From Mitosporidium daphniae (lineage: Eukaryota), in the NCBI RefSeq assembly GCF_000760515.2, contig NW_013546143.1, positions 1-64,000 of the forward strand: DNA of 64,000 bases, in the 5' to 3' direction. The position numbers were made by a program, and so were the translations under genes. The first letter of the stretch is position 1. Each line of letters begins with the position of its first letter. The notes under the pieces are model-generated. The model saw only the letters and a list, made by a program, of their open reading frames with translations, did not search any database and had not been told where the DNA came from. This document shows positions 22,888-34,609 of this stretch, one piece after another.

Positions 22888-24549
22888 TTAGTTGCGCCAG
22901 AGCTTGACAGAATGGTCTTTGGAGCCTGAGGCACATGTCTGGCCATCTGAGGCCCAGTCAACGGCGTAAACCTCATCACGATGTCCGGAGAGGCATTTTT
23001 TCATCTTCCGCTGGGCTACACTCCATATGATCACTGTGGAGTCCTTTGAGGAGGAAAGCAGCATCCGCGAGTCTGCCGACCATGCCAGCTGATACACCGA
23101 CGACAGGTGACCCCGGAGCGAAGCAATAAATCTACCATTGAAAACCAAAAACCTACTCTCCAGATCTGGCGTCCCAAAGCTTCACTGATTTGTCGAACGA
23201 ACAGGAGGCAATCCAGTTTGTATCGGGCGAAAAGAGCGCTTGCGTCACCAACCCTTGGTGGCCAACAAGCCTTTTCACAAGCTTCCAGGAGCCCTGCGAC
23301 TCGCACCAAAGCATCAACGTAGCATCGTCGGACGACGAAATAAGACGTTCGGCACCGTGATCTCGGATATGTTTTTGATATATCGCCTTGGCTCTTTCTA
23401 TTCGCTCCATGAAAGAGGCTGCAACACCAGCTTGCCGCATGGTGACCAAATCTGCTGCATCTCTGTCGCCAGTGCGAAAGAGAGCATCTGTGGAAAGTGC
23501 CATGTGATTGATCCAATGAGCGTGCCCTTTCAGAGAACCGGAAAATTGAAATGCGGAGCCTGCCCATCGCCATGTATGAATTAGGCGATCGCGGGATCCA
23601 GTAAAAAGGACACCTGAACCTGACCATCGGACGGATGATATGAGCTCTGAATGCTGAGAAAGCACCTGGAGAACAACTCCAGTCTTCGGGTTCCAAATCC
23701 GAACGGTCTTATCTTTGGAGGCAGATGCAAGCAAGCAGGCACTTATAGCAGGATCAGCCAAGTGCAGCGGCTGCCATGCAAGCTGTGTAATGGCTGCAGA
23801 ATGGCCTCTCAGCACGGTATGTGATCCGAAGGCGGGTGTCGAGCTGGGTGGAAACTCCGCGCTTGATGTAGAGAAATTCTGGGGCATGTGCCAGACGGCC
23901 AAAGACGAATCGTGCGCACCAGAGGCAAGCATCGTGCCATCTGGCGACCATGTGACGGCCATCACCCAAGCTTTGTGTATTTCTAAAAAAAGTGATCCAA
24001 GCGCGTACCTTTGAGGCTCTTGACTGTCGTTCCAGTACGGACATCCCAAATTCGGATCGTGCAATCGCCAGACCCGGAGGCGAGGAAATGCCCATCAGCA
24101 GAAAATGCGACAGAAAGCACCGCATCTGTATGTCCCTCAAGGGTCCCTGTGCATCTTGTGGCTGGACGAACACGAAAGAGAGCCTGTGGGGCAGCGATTA
24201 TTTTGATTGTCAGCTCTTCGCTGCCATCGTTGGTGGGGATGATGGAGGAAAGCGATTTTCCGTCCTCAAAGGGAAGTATTTTGGAGCCAATGGAAACGGA
24301 AAAAGAAAATATTTGCTCTCCAATGCGTTCCCTTTCATCGTCGTCGCTTCCCTGGTACGCTTGAAGGAGCAGAGTGCGAGCAAGCTCGTTTAGCTGATCT
24401 GTATTTGTCTCCACGGGAAGCATAAAGGATACCGGAGCTAAATCATCTGGCATACATGCGATGGGGCCGACTTCTGAAACTGAAGAGTCACCGGCTGTTA
24501 CCGACAACGGCCTCCCAAGCACATCCACCAGTTGAGTCTTCACTTGCAT
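22888..24549 (-). CDS. RSA4: Notchless/Rsa4 ribosome assembly WD40 protein
   Basis: PQALFRVRPATRC..TLEGH, LKGHAHWINHMALSTD..R, ERLISSSDD, SLRGH..VYQLAWSADSR. Confidence 0.95.
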
Positions 24550-24598
24550 CTGGCAAAATTCAAGTTAAAATAAATTTAAAATTTAACAGTCAATCCGC

Positions 24599-25093
24599 AT
24601 GCCCTATGAATTGTACCGCAGGAGCACGTTGGGCCTGACTTTAGCCGATGCTCTTGATGATATGATCCAGAGTGAGCAGCTCACTCCGCACCTTGCCATG
24701 CGCGTTCTTTCTCAGTTTGATCGGTCGATGATGGAAAACCTGGATCGAAAAATTCGATCTCGATGCGTTCTCAAGGTAATGTCGCCTTTGATGTCGCTTT
24801 CCCACAGCTTTTTATCTTTTCTTCGTTACTAATGCAATTTCGGCATCTACATATGCTTTAATGGAATATCCAGCCCTTTTGTATAATATTTTACCTATCA
24901 TAGGGCTATCTGAACATGTACAGATCTTGCGATGACGTGTGGACATTCGTGCTTTCCAACGCCTCTGTCCGAGTGGATGAGGAGCCGATTGCGGCAGATA
25001 GGATAAAGATTGTGGCATGTAATTCAAAGCGACCGAACTTAGACCCCGCCGGTCTAGGGGTCACTTCCGGCTTCAAAAAGCACCAACGATAGA
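24599..25093 (+). CDS. TOA2: TFIIA gamma (small) subunit
   Basis: YELYRRSTLG..L.DALD..LA.RVL.QFD|GYLNMYRSCDDVWTF..KIVACNSK. One 128-nt intron, 24776-24903. Confidence 0.95.
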
Positions 25094-25202
25094 TAAATAA
25101 ACCACATTTGCCTCCGGCTTTCTCATATCTTGGTGGTTGCAAATGATGATTGCTGGGGGTTTTATCAACAATTTGTGTGCTAGCAAGGTTTAATAATTAA
25201 AA

Positions 25203-26619
25203 TTAACTGAGGATCTTGGTGACGACACCTGTGCCCACGGTTTTGCCGCCTTCGCGCACAGAAAACTTGTCACCAGGCTTAAGGGCCACATCAAAGATCA
25301 GCGAGATGACAAGATTATGCGTCTTGTCACCAGGCATCATCACATCTAACCCTTCAGGCAATGTAAACTCTCCCGTGATATCGGTTGCTCGCAAAAAGAT
25401 TTGCGGACGATATTTCGACACGATTGCTGTGTGTCTGCCTCCCTCTTCTGTGGAGAGAAAGTAGAAGGTACATTCGAATTTCTTTACAGGAAAGGCAGTC
25501 TTTGGAGCGGCGATGACCTGCCCCCTGCACATGTCTTCCTTTTTGAGCGATCGGAGAAGCAGGCCAACGCTGTCTCCTGCTTCGCCACGATCGAGCTCTT
25601 TTCTAAAAGTCTCTATCCCAGTAACAGTGGTAGTTCGGATGCCGCCAAATCCGACAACTTCGACATCGGTGCCTTTTGTGATGGTGCCTGTCTCGATCAG
25701 ACCTGCAGCCACAGTGCCGCGCCCCGAAATAGAGTGGATGTTCTCAATGCTCATCAAAAAGGGCTTGTCGAGATCCCGTTTTGGAGTGGGGATGAATGAA
25801 TCAATGGCGTTCACAAGAGCTATAATGGAAGATTCGCCAATTTCTGGAGAGCGATTCTCTAAAGCGCAGAGAGCGGAGCCGACAATAATCGGTGTAGCCT
25901 CTCCGTCATACTTATTGGCAGTCAAAAGATCTCTAATTTCCATCTCCACCAACTCGATCATCTCGGCATCGACGGCATCCGCCTTATTGACAAAGACGAC
26001 CAGATGTTCGATACCAATCTGGCGAGCAAGTAGCAAGTGCTCTTTTGTTTGTGGCATAGCACCATCTGTGGCAGAAACGACCAAAATGGCGCCGTCCATG
26101 TGAGAAGCACCGGATATCATGTTCTTGATATAGTCTGCATGTCCAGGGCAATCCACATGCCCGTAATGGCGATTTGCGGTCTGATACTCGATGTGTGTGG
26201 CATTTATGGTGATTCCACGCGCACGTTCTTCCGGTGCATTGTCGATGTCTTTGTATTCCTTGTACTTTGTGTGGCCGCCTTTGGAGAGCACTGAAAAATA
26301 AGAGATAACAAAAAGGCAGGAAAGTGTAAGTTTCAACTAAGAGCTCATATATGTGGTGATGGTGACCCAATGCATGGCTGAACATTTGGTAAGAAATGGA
26401 ACCCAAACCGCAACGTACCTTTAGTGATAGCGGCCGTCAAGGAGGTCTTGCCGTGGTCGACATGGCCAATGGTGCCGATGTTGAGATGGGGGAGAGCACG
26501 CACGAATTTCCCTTCTGCATAGCAGCGGATCATATTCTATGCCAATGAGCCATCAAACTTACAAATGAAAGCGACCCTCCTCGTAGAATGGAAGGGAAAA
26601 GAGATCCCTTGATTAGCAT
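25203..26619 (-). CDS. TUF1: Mitochondrial elongation factor Tu
   Basis: Presequence-like N-terminus, [50 protein letters not shown]. Introns include 26418-26291 (128 nt). Confidence 0.97.
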
Positions 26620-26662
26620 CGGTATCTTTTCAATAATTAAAATTGCAATGCAATCGGGATGC

Positions 26663-26708
26663 TGTTTCAAATTTAGGGCTGGTATTGTTTGAAATTTAGG
26701 GTTGGTAT
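26663..26708. repeat. 23-bp direct repeat x2 in the TUF1/TatD divergent promoter
   Basis: tgtttcaaatttagggctggtat followed by tgtttgaaatttagggttggtat. Confidence 0.85.
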
Positions 26709-26738
26709 TGTTTTCATAACCGCTGCAATCTTTTGTCG

Positions 26739-28155
26739 ATGGGTAGACATTGTGGCAGTTGGATCGGTAAAAAGTCTTTTCATATCAAATAGACATCGGC
26801 TCAAATCTTCTAGGTATGCTTCTATCATCCTGTAGCTTTTCAAGATGCTTTGTTATTCTCTTATGATCGATACATTTCTATCCATTCTTATGCCTTTGCC
26901 CCTAATATCGATATTTATTCTTAATCCCACAGATGATATGTTTATGGGCATTTATCATGGCAAACAAAAGCACCCAGGTAGCTGTAAATTACGGTAATTA
27001 TAGGCGATTTGGGCATGGTCTTGGAACGCGCTTTTACGAGCGGAAATCTGAAAAGGATTATCGTTACAGCCGGGTCTCTATCAGAAGCCAAGCAGGCTAT
27101 TTTACTATGCAATACAGATGGTATGTCTGAAAAGTGATCAGCTAGATCGTCTATATTGCACACTTGGATGCCATCCTACTCGAACCATGGAGTGGCATTT
27201 TGCGGAGCTTCAAAGCCAGCGGCCACAAGCTGACCATGAATCCTGCATTCCATCAATAGACATTCATTTGGCAGAAATGACCGATTTCTACCATCGACAT
27301 AAAAAAAGTGGGCGTATTGTTGCCATTGGCGAGCTTGGCTTGGGTTTGAGGCTTCAACTGAACGCTAATCTCTTAGACTACGATCGCCTCCAGTTTTCCT
27401 CAATTGACATCCAAAAAAAGTACCAGTTGACTTTTTACCACCTGCTAGGTTTTCGAGGAACCTGTTAATCGCTGTAGATACTTTGAGCGACAATTCGAGC
27501 TTGCAGAGCTAAGTGGCCTTCCACTTTTCTTACATTGCAGGGGAGCCGCATTTGCCGACTTTTTTGGTTGAATTTACCGCTTACTTTAGAAATCATTGTT
27601 CGCAATCGAAAAAGATTTACTTACGGCGTTTTGCACTCATTTACCGGCACTGAAGACGAAGTTAAGACTGCCCTAGAGCTTGGCCTCCACATTGGGTTGA
27701 ATGGCTGCTCGCTCCGACAACCAGAGAGTATTTCAATAATCAGAGATACCATTCCCTTGGATCGAATCCTTTTGGAAACTGGTTTGATGGCCATGATGGG
27801 AATAATCGTTTTTAGATGCCCCTTGGTGCCTGCTTAAGCGATCCAGTGCCGGTGTTCAGTTTTACACGCAACATCTTAATGGTCACCAAACGGTAGACAT
27901 TGATCATGATTCCGATAAAGAAGCCGTTGCCGAAGGATTACGCTCCATCTCAGCCCTGCAAAAGGATCCCTCAAAATGGAGCTCAGATTATTTTATCAAA
28001 GGCCGAAATGAACCTGCGCTGATAAGGTATTGTCTGCTAGTTAATGTAGTGATGTCGGACGGATTGTCGCATTGATAAAGAACATTTCGGTAACAGAGCT
28101 TTCGGAGGCTGTCATGGCGACCACGGAGACCATATTCTTTGCCACCGCAAAGTGA
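26739..28155 (+). CDS. TATDN1: TatD-family DNase (TATDN1-like)
   Basis: IDIGSNLLDDMFMGIYHGKQKH, TLGCHPTR, VAIGELGLDYDRLQF, LPLFLHCR, GVLHSFTG, ETDAPWC, KGRNEP. About nine introns. Confidence 0.95.
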
Positions 28156-28290
28156 CCGGGAAATATTTTGTCTTCAATAAAAACTTGATCTTAACACGGC
28201 TGCAATCCGTAATGGGAATGACGCAAGAAATGTACCCCGGTGTGGTGGTGTGTTGATAAGATTTACAGAACCAGTTTATTATTACAATGG

Positions 28291-30014
28291 CTATGTGCCG
28301 AGGACAGAGTTGCCTCTTTTCCGGGAGATGCCGTTGAGGCATACCCTTTCTTCAATCTGGGAGTCGTCTCTGAATCTAATGATGTGATGGATGCGCCTGA
28401 GAGGCTGGGGAGCACGAAACGAAGAAGGCTCGTCACTCAGAAGCTGGTGACGATGAAACAATGCTGGTGTGGAGGACGGCATTTTGGAGGCCATTACACC
28501 GGATGCAGAGTGTGCAGAAACAAAGCTGCAAGCACTCTCATCGTATCCACCCCATTCCTCGCCCTCAGATTCGTCGTCGGTTCCATCGTTATTGGCACCA
28601 TCATCCAGAGAGACAAGGAAAGACTCTGGAGGGCCCGAAAATGTTGGTGCTCGTGGCATTTTTTCCAAAGTCTGTGTGGACTGTGTTGCAGAGGGCGGCG
28701 GTAGCTTGCGTGCAGAATCAAAGAGAATTGCCAGAAATGCCCCAAGAATCGACTGTAGTGCGAAGAAAAGCTCTACCGATACATAAAACCTATCCATATT
28801 TTCCAGAATAGCGACGCAAATGGGAACAAAAATATAGGACGCATTGATGCACACCGTTACGATTCCATATGCCGTGGCCCAATACAGTTCAGGGACCAGA
28901 TATGGGATACATGGCCATATAGCGACAACCGACGAAGAAGCAAACCCGTTGATTATCAGCGGAATCACAGGGGATGAGATATCTCCTGCCAGTAGAAAGT
29001 GACCAAGCCCCAGCGCAAAACCACTCCCAATAAGATAGGCTACTTTGAACCCATAAAGATCGATCATGTAGCCGATAATGGGAATCAAAAAAATAGCCAT
29101 GGCATCTGGAATAGACATTGCCCAGGTGGCGGTAGAAGGCGATTCGGAATACCACTTGTGCTGCAGAAAGTCTGACGCAGTATTGTTAAATGGAGTGATC
29201 GAGCCATTTAAGGCAAAGCAGGCGCCGCACAGGACAAAAAAGCCGGATGAAAAGTTTTGACAATGGCTGGAGTAGATGTCAAGAGCTCTCTGATGCCCAG
29301 CGGTTTCAGTGGGCTCGGTGATTTTGCCACGGGAGAGCAGCAAGCGAGGTCGTTGCACACCGGGGCAATTCGTACATACGCAAGCCGCCTGTTCAAAGCA
29401 ACCGAAATAAACGTCAACACATACGAGAACACACAAAACCCGAAGCCAGCCCAAAGGGCAGTGGGCAGTGATGTGAGATCATCAATGATGGGAGAGAGCA
29501 CGTTATTTAAGACGAGCCCCGCACGTGACATGGCAAGGGTGATTCCAATCGCAAAACAAAGCTCGCTTCCGGAAAACCAGTATGTAATCAGCCTAGCTTG
29601 GGCGACGGTTAGGCTTTCTCCGCCCAATCCGAGCACGATTCTCCCTACCAACATAATGGGTAGGATTTTGAGCTGCCCACCAATGGCAAATATTCCCTGG
29701 CCAAGACATACGAGCCCGGAAAGAATAAGAAGCAGCGCATTCGTACCGTAAATATCTAAAAGACCTCCAATCAAAAAGGGGAGAGAGATGTTCGGAATCG
29801 AATACACTGAATAGAACAACATGAACTGAAACCCGTAAATTTCGTCCGAAATTCCTAGCCACGCCTCCAACTGGCGGTTCAGCGAAGACGGGTTATCATA
29901 TACATAAAAGTTGCCGAAATTTATCCAGCAGGAAAAAATCAAAATTAGCCATCGGGCAATTCTGCGAGTTCGATTCTTGGTAGCTTTACCTTTGCTTCCA
30001 GGACAGGATGGCAT
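28291..30014 (-). CDS. MFS transporter (MFSD1-like) with a reading-frame break near 29240
   Basis: FGNFYVYDNPSSL, YSVYSIPNI, GRIVLGLGGESL.VAQ..WFSGSEL. The second half has IG..ID.YG and WPCIPYLVP..TAYG. The two halves lie in different frames. Confidence 0.88.
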
Positions 30015-30324
30015 ACACGCCACCGTTTATAACAACAAGCGAAAAGAGTGTGATGCACAGAAAAGTGGGAAAGTGATTCACAAAAAAGAGGAAAATTGAT
30101 CCGCAAAAATACAAGCTCGCTTATGTGGACTCGAGAAGTCCAAGTTTATCTGCAAAAAACATGTCTCGTTTTATTAAAATGCACCCCAACCAATGAAGCG
30201 CCGTGCAAGGTGCTACCATTGAAGCAGGGGTAGGTAGGTTTTGAATCAAGTTTTTATTTTGACCAATTAAATTAATTAAAATTTCGATTTCAACAATTTG
30301 GAATTTACATAAACAAATACATCA

Positions 30325-30987
30325 ATGAGTGCCAGCGATGAAATCAAGGACTTGCATGCGGAAAGAGACGCGCTGGAAGATGATGCCCTAATACGGACCA
30401 GAAGGGCCCTTGCAACGATCAAAGGTACCGAAGGTGTTGCTCAAGAAACACTATCTACACTGCAGTCTCAAGGGGAGCAGATTACCTCAACAGAGCGCAA
30501 GGCCAGAGAAATGGATGCAAATACACAAAAGAATTACATCGAGTCCAAGAAGGTTAAAAAGTATGGCAAATTCCTTAATTTCTCATTCACAACCTTTTTT
30601 AACCGCAAAAAAAAGAAAATTGACCGGGATTTCGACGACACGATTTTGGGGATCGAGTCCACTGCCCAAAAGGACAAAATCAAGCAGCGCGAGCGAATAT
30701 TGACCGAACAGTTGCAAAAGGAGCAAAAGATGAGGAAAGAGCTGTCGAAACCCCGAGCGAAAGAGGCTGAAATTGCACCCGCCCCAGAAAAAACGGAAAA
30801 GGAAACAGAAATTGATGGAAATTTGAGGGATATTTCCGCGGTTACCAAGAACCTCGGTAAAATGGCACTGGACATGTCGGATGAACTGGATGCGCAAAAG
30901 GTTAAAATCTCCAAAATTGGTGCGCTAAACAAGCACGCTGAAGCGACGCTTGTGAGGTCCGAAGCGAAAATTGAAAAGTACACTTGA
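30325..30987 (+). CDS. SNAP-25/Sec9-like Qbc-SNARE
   Basis: Two SNARE heptad motifs: RTRRAL..ETL..L..QGEQI and EIDGNL..I...L..MA.DM..ELD.Q. Confidence 0.85.
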   Translation: MSASDEIKDLHAERDALEDDALIRTRRALATIKGTEGVAQETLSTLQSQGEQITSTERKAREMDANTQKNYIESKKVKKYGKFLNFSFTTFFNRKKKKIDRDFDDTILGIESTAQKDKIKQRERILTEQLQKEQKMRKELSKPRAKEAEIAPAPEKTEKETEIDGNLRDISAVTKNLGKMALDMSDELDAQKVKISKIGALNKHAEATLVRSEAKIEKYT

Positions 30988-31722
30988 TGGAGAGGGCATA
31001 TGATACAGACGACGGCTGTTGGCGACTCAAATGCCGACGCGCAATTGAACGTGTAAATACAAAATGAAAATTTGTTAACGTTTATTCAGGTTCAATTCAA
31101 TTCGACCATGACATATAATACTCGATTACAAATAGCAGGTGGGAGAATGCCGTTCGTACAAGGAAATGGTGCGATCCCTTGTGGTTATTTCTCCCTTTAT
31201 AGAGGATATCGCGTCGATTACCCTTCCATCGACTTTCGAAGCAGAAATGTTGCTAATGTTGGGAACCGCAAAATTTGCCATCACGTCAACGCCATCAAAG
31301 CCATGATGAATCCTGTGGACACGGTGTTTGGCCCGAATGGCGACCATTCCAGGATTTATGGTAGCAGGTATCAATTTAGAATGTGAAACTCTAGGTTTCG
31401 TTTCTGGCAGCGTCATGGGAATTAGCACTGGAGGTCAGGAGATGTGGATAATATAAATGAAATAGAGTTAGAGTTGCTGATTTGATCGGATTAGCTTTTC
31501 AAGAAGTGAGCTTAAAAAATCGCATGGTTTGATATGATAAATATATTGACAAATGAGGAATAATGATTAAGAATTCACCAATGAGAACTGCTAGAGGCCC
31601 TAGAAATCAGGAAAAAAAATCAAAATATGACATTCTGATGAATAATTGCAATATAATTTGTGTTTTTTGATAAAAATAAACATATTTTTAACAAAACTGA
31701 ATTTAAATTAAAATTTATCAGA

Positions 31723-32687
31723 ATGCAAAGTGCCAGGAAAACAGCAACTCTTGCTACCGATTTGTGGGTCGAAACAGCAAAGTTTGAATTTTGTTTTCCA
31801 GAAGGTATGTGTACACTTGACATTTATCCCCATCCATCCAGCGCTTGCATCTGACCTTTCCCAGAACATTGCAATCTCTTCTTTGCAGAAGAGCGCCCAG
31901 TCTCTTACTCCATACGCCGGTAAAGATGATCGAAGGAAAGCGCGAAGTCCAGGAGCTAGGCATTCAGAGAATCCCGTCTCAACAGCCGCATCTGCATCTG
32001 CTGCGGGAAGCTCTGGTTTTCCTGCAAGGGGCGTACTTCAATGTAAGAATCGTGGCATTGCTTATTTTAGCCTCCATTTTTGCCATTCCCGTGTTCCCAC
32101 TCCCTCAGCGGGATCCCAAGAAGCTCTACGTGATAGCATTAGATCTTGCAAGGGAACTGGGGATGCGTGACTCGTATACGCTCTTCCACCGCAATGTGGA
32201 AACATTGACAAAGCTCTGGGCTTCGGAAGACGAAAAAAACTGGCTGTCATCCCTGGGGCTGATTGCAAGCAACATCAGACACAGAGATATCTCGCTTGTC
32301 GAGGTTGGCCAGGCCATCAAAAAATATGCCGTAAATTTGGCCAAGCCTGGGATTTCCATATCGCGACTGGAGCATTTTATTGAGAATCCGGTCATTTCAG
32401 ACATTCTTACTGTTGCCGAATTTGAGGGCATGAAGAGCTATGGGTTGGTACCGGAGGGATTTTCACCCTCTTTTGATTCAGAGCATCCAAAGGATATTCA
32501 CATCCCCGTTTTCGACACGCCACCGAACAAACGGACCAAAATCGCAACTGCCACCTCCAGCGACTCTCTGGCAGAGCACTTTTCCGACCCTGCTTGTTCG
32601 CAGCTCCTGACCAGGGCAATTGCAGAGGCCTCCGATTATAATCGCTGGCTAGTAATGTACAGAGCATCTATAGGCAAAAGTAGTTAA
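31723..32687 (+). CDS. Rsc7/Swp82-like chromatin-remodelling complex subunit (CRC domain)
   Basis: After splicing (31805-31841, 32043-32070): GVLQ..F.IPVFPLPQR..KLYVIALDLARELGMRDSYTLF.RN..L.KL.ASEDEK.WL..GLI..IRHR.I. Confidence 0.75.
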
Positions 32688-33434
32688 TAAATTTATTATT
32701 ATCCTCCCCATGCTGTATCAATTGTATTGCAGTGGCGAATTTGAAAATGTCCAGCGCGTGAAGCTTTCCGAGAACGACTCTCCTCACTATGAGATCGAGG
32801 TAAGGCTATCTGTGCGTCAAATCAAGCCTTCAGGTTGCATGTCTTCGATGTCATAGTGCAGGCACGGCGCAGACGGTATTTGCAAATCCACATCTGCTTT
32901 ACTCTGCCAAATGTAAGGAGTGCAAATGTTCTTTTACCGTTGAATGTAACCCTAAATGTCACTTATGATCATGATGAAGGCATTGAAAATAACCCTTTGC
33001 TGCTGCTGGGAGACCGCGAGGTCGCAATGGGCGAACGTTTCTCAACGATCAGCGACTTTCCAAGCATTGCATTTGATTTTCGGGGTGTTGAGCCGCTTTT
33101 TTTTTCGGTCACCAAGGTTTGATGCAATCCCCAATCAATAGAATGCCTCCTGGGAGATCAAATCGGCATCTGGCCTCTGTTTTGATCGCGCTGCTTTTGA
33201 CGAAAATTGCGAATGGCTAGGGTATGATGAAGGGCTGAAGGACGTCGTTGCGGCGTCCATACGCTCTGTAAGTTGGCGGCGAGGGCTTGTCAAGTAGTTT
33301 TATCAATAAATAGTAGCGGGACGGAACCAAATTTTTTGTTTCCCAAGTGTAAATTGGGATTTCCTCTCCGCATCAAGTGAAAATCTTATCGAGTGTTAGC
33401 AGTAAGTTTTATTTATCAACAAATGAGCTGGACC

Positions 33435-34020
33435 TTAGAGCTGCAGACTCTTCGCAACACATTCCCTGACGATTACATGGAAGGCCTCTCGATTGGTGCG
33501 CCACATTTTCGACGCTTCGATATTTGCCCCCGACTCATCATTAGGCTCGGCCAGCATGGATACAACACTCAAAAGTATTTTTTCGACAGATTGAACGGGC
33601 GACCATCTCTCGGAGCTGTGTTCATACATGTTTGGATCATCTCCAGGCGGATGCAGGATGCTAATGCACACCCTTCCGTCCTCATAAACTAGCGGTAAGT
33701 TAGACCATTGTGCATACTATTGGGATGGAACAGTTTGCAGGTAAATTTCATTGTCGGCGGGCTGAGCGGATAGTCCTTTGGGAAGGTGAGAATTGCAGGG
33801 AACAGCCCACCTTCGAAGGAAGTGTCTGGCGGGCCAGAAATAAGAGCCTCCCACACCAACATGTTATCATCTGAAACCGGGCCAGCGGTGATTCCATCTG
33901 GGGGGTTTCTTGTCAGCTCTATGAAAAGGCCAGTGCCAAAGTACCTTTATATTCTGCCATCAGTCGCTTTACGGCTGTTGTTCCCCCGGCGGATGACATT
34001 GAGTGGCTTCTAGATGACAT
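33435..34020 (-). CDS. UBC7: Ubiquitin-conjugating enzyme Ubc7/UBE2G2
   Basis: [59 protein letters not shown]. Confidence 0.96.
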
Positions 34021-34103
34021 TGAAATCATCAAACGAAAGACAGAAAAGTTAAATTGGGCGAAATAAAAATTAATTTCAGATTTATTTACAATGCAGAGGA
34101 GGG

Positions 34104-34397
34104 TTAAAATGGAGACAGTTTTAGCAGATTTTTTTCTCGCACCCAAAACTCGCTTTGCTCGTCCTCGCCCAGGGTTGCCATCCGATACCGGCGAATAGCC
34201 ATGATCAGAAGGGAAAGGCTGCTGCACTCCTGCGAAAAGCCCCTGAATCCGGCCTTTTCATAGCACCGATCGAAAGTTCCCTTGAGAATGGGATGTTTGG
34301 CGACCCCTAGTGAATTTGCAATTTCCGAGAGCGACTGCAGCTCCTTGATGTCATAGTCAAACCGCTCAATTGTGTTTATGGTTGGAGGAGGAATCAT
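34104..34397 (-). CDS. Hypothetical protein (orphan, possibly partial)
   Basis: 97-aa ATG-initiated ORF in otherwise unassigned space. No motif recognised. Confidence 0.3.
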   Translation of the reverse strand: MIPPPTINTIERFDYDIKELQSLSEIANSLGVAKHPILKGTFDRCYEKAGFRGFSQECSSLSLLIMAIRRYRMATLGEDEQSEFWVREKNLLKLSPF

Positions 34398-34609
34398 AAT
34401 TGATGATGGTTATCAGATATGGTGATCTCGCGATTCCTTGATATAATTCAAGATTATCTTGTTTTTTGTTCGCATAACAACGCCGCGATTGATCATGTCA
34501 TTACTGTCGCCAAGACACCAAATATTTGATCATCCGTAATTTGCAGCGTTAATTTCGGGTCGTTTACAAGAGCCCTAAGCGATTTATTTTCCATTCGCCG
34601 TGATGAATG

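Noticed and set aside
25216..26294. Long antisense ORFs over EF-Tu and similar shadows over LAP, SPT16 and MFS
   Set aside because: These are typical reverse-frame shadows of real coding sequence with no independent motifs.
26291..26418. EF-Tu long intron as a nested stwintron
   Set aside because: The internal GT..AG parse I tried leaves a 10-nt exon that breaks the frame. A single 128-nt intron fits.
30040..30300. U1 or U2 snRNA suggested by CTTGCAC and ACCTACCT on the minus strand
   Set aside because: No ACTTACCTG 5' end, no 70K loop and no U2 GTAGTA branch-pairing sequence.
31126..31428. HHGFDGVDV as a GH18 chitinase motif
   Set aside because: The DxDxE glutamate is missing, the ORF is short, and no other GH18 motifs or coherent upstream exons were found.
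32690..33260. Ser-rich minus-strand gene with TGA read-through
   Set aside because: The frame closes again shortly after the TGA and no consistent splice model was found. Left unannotated.
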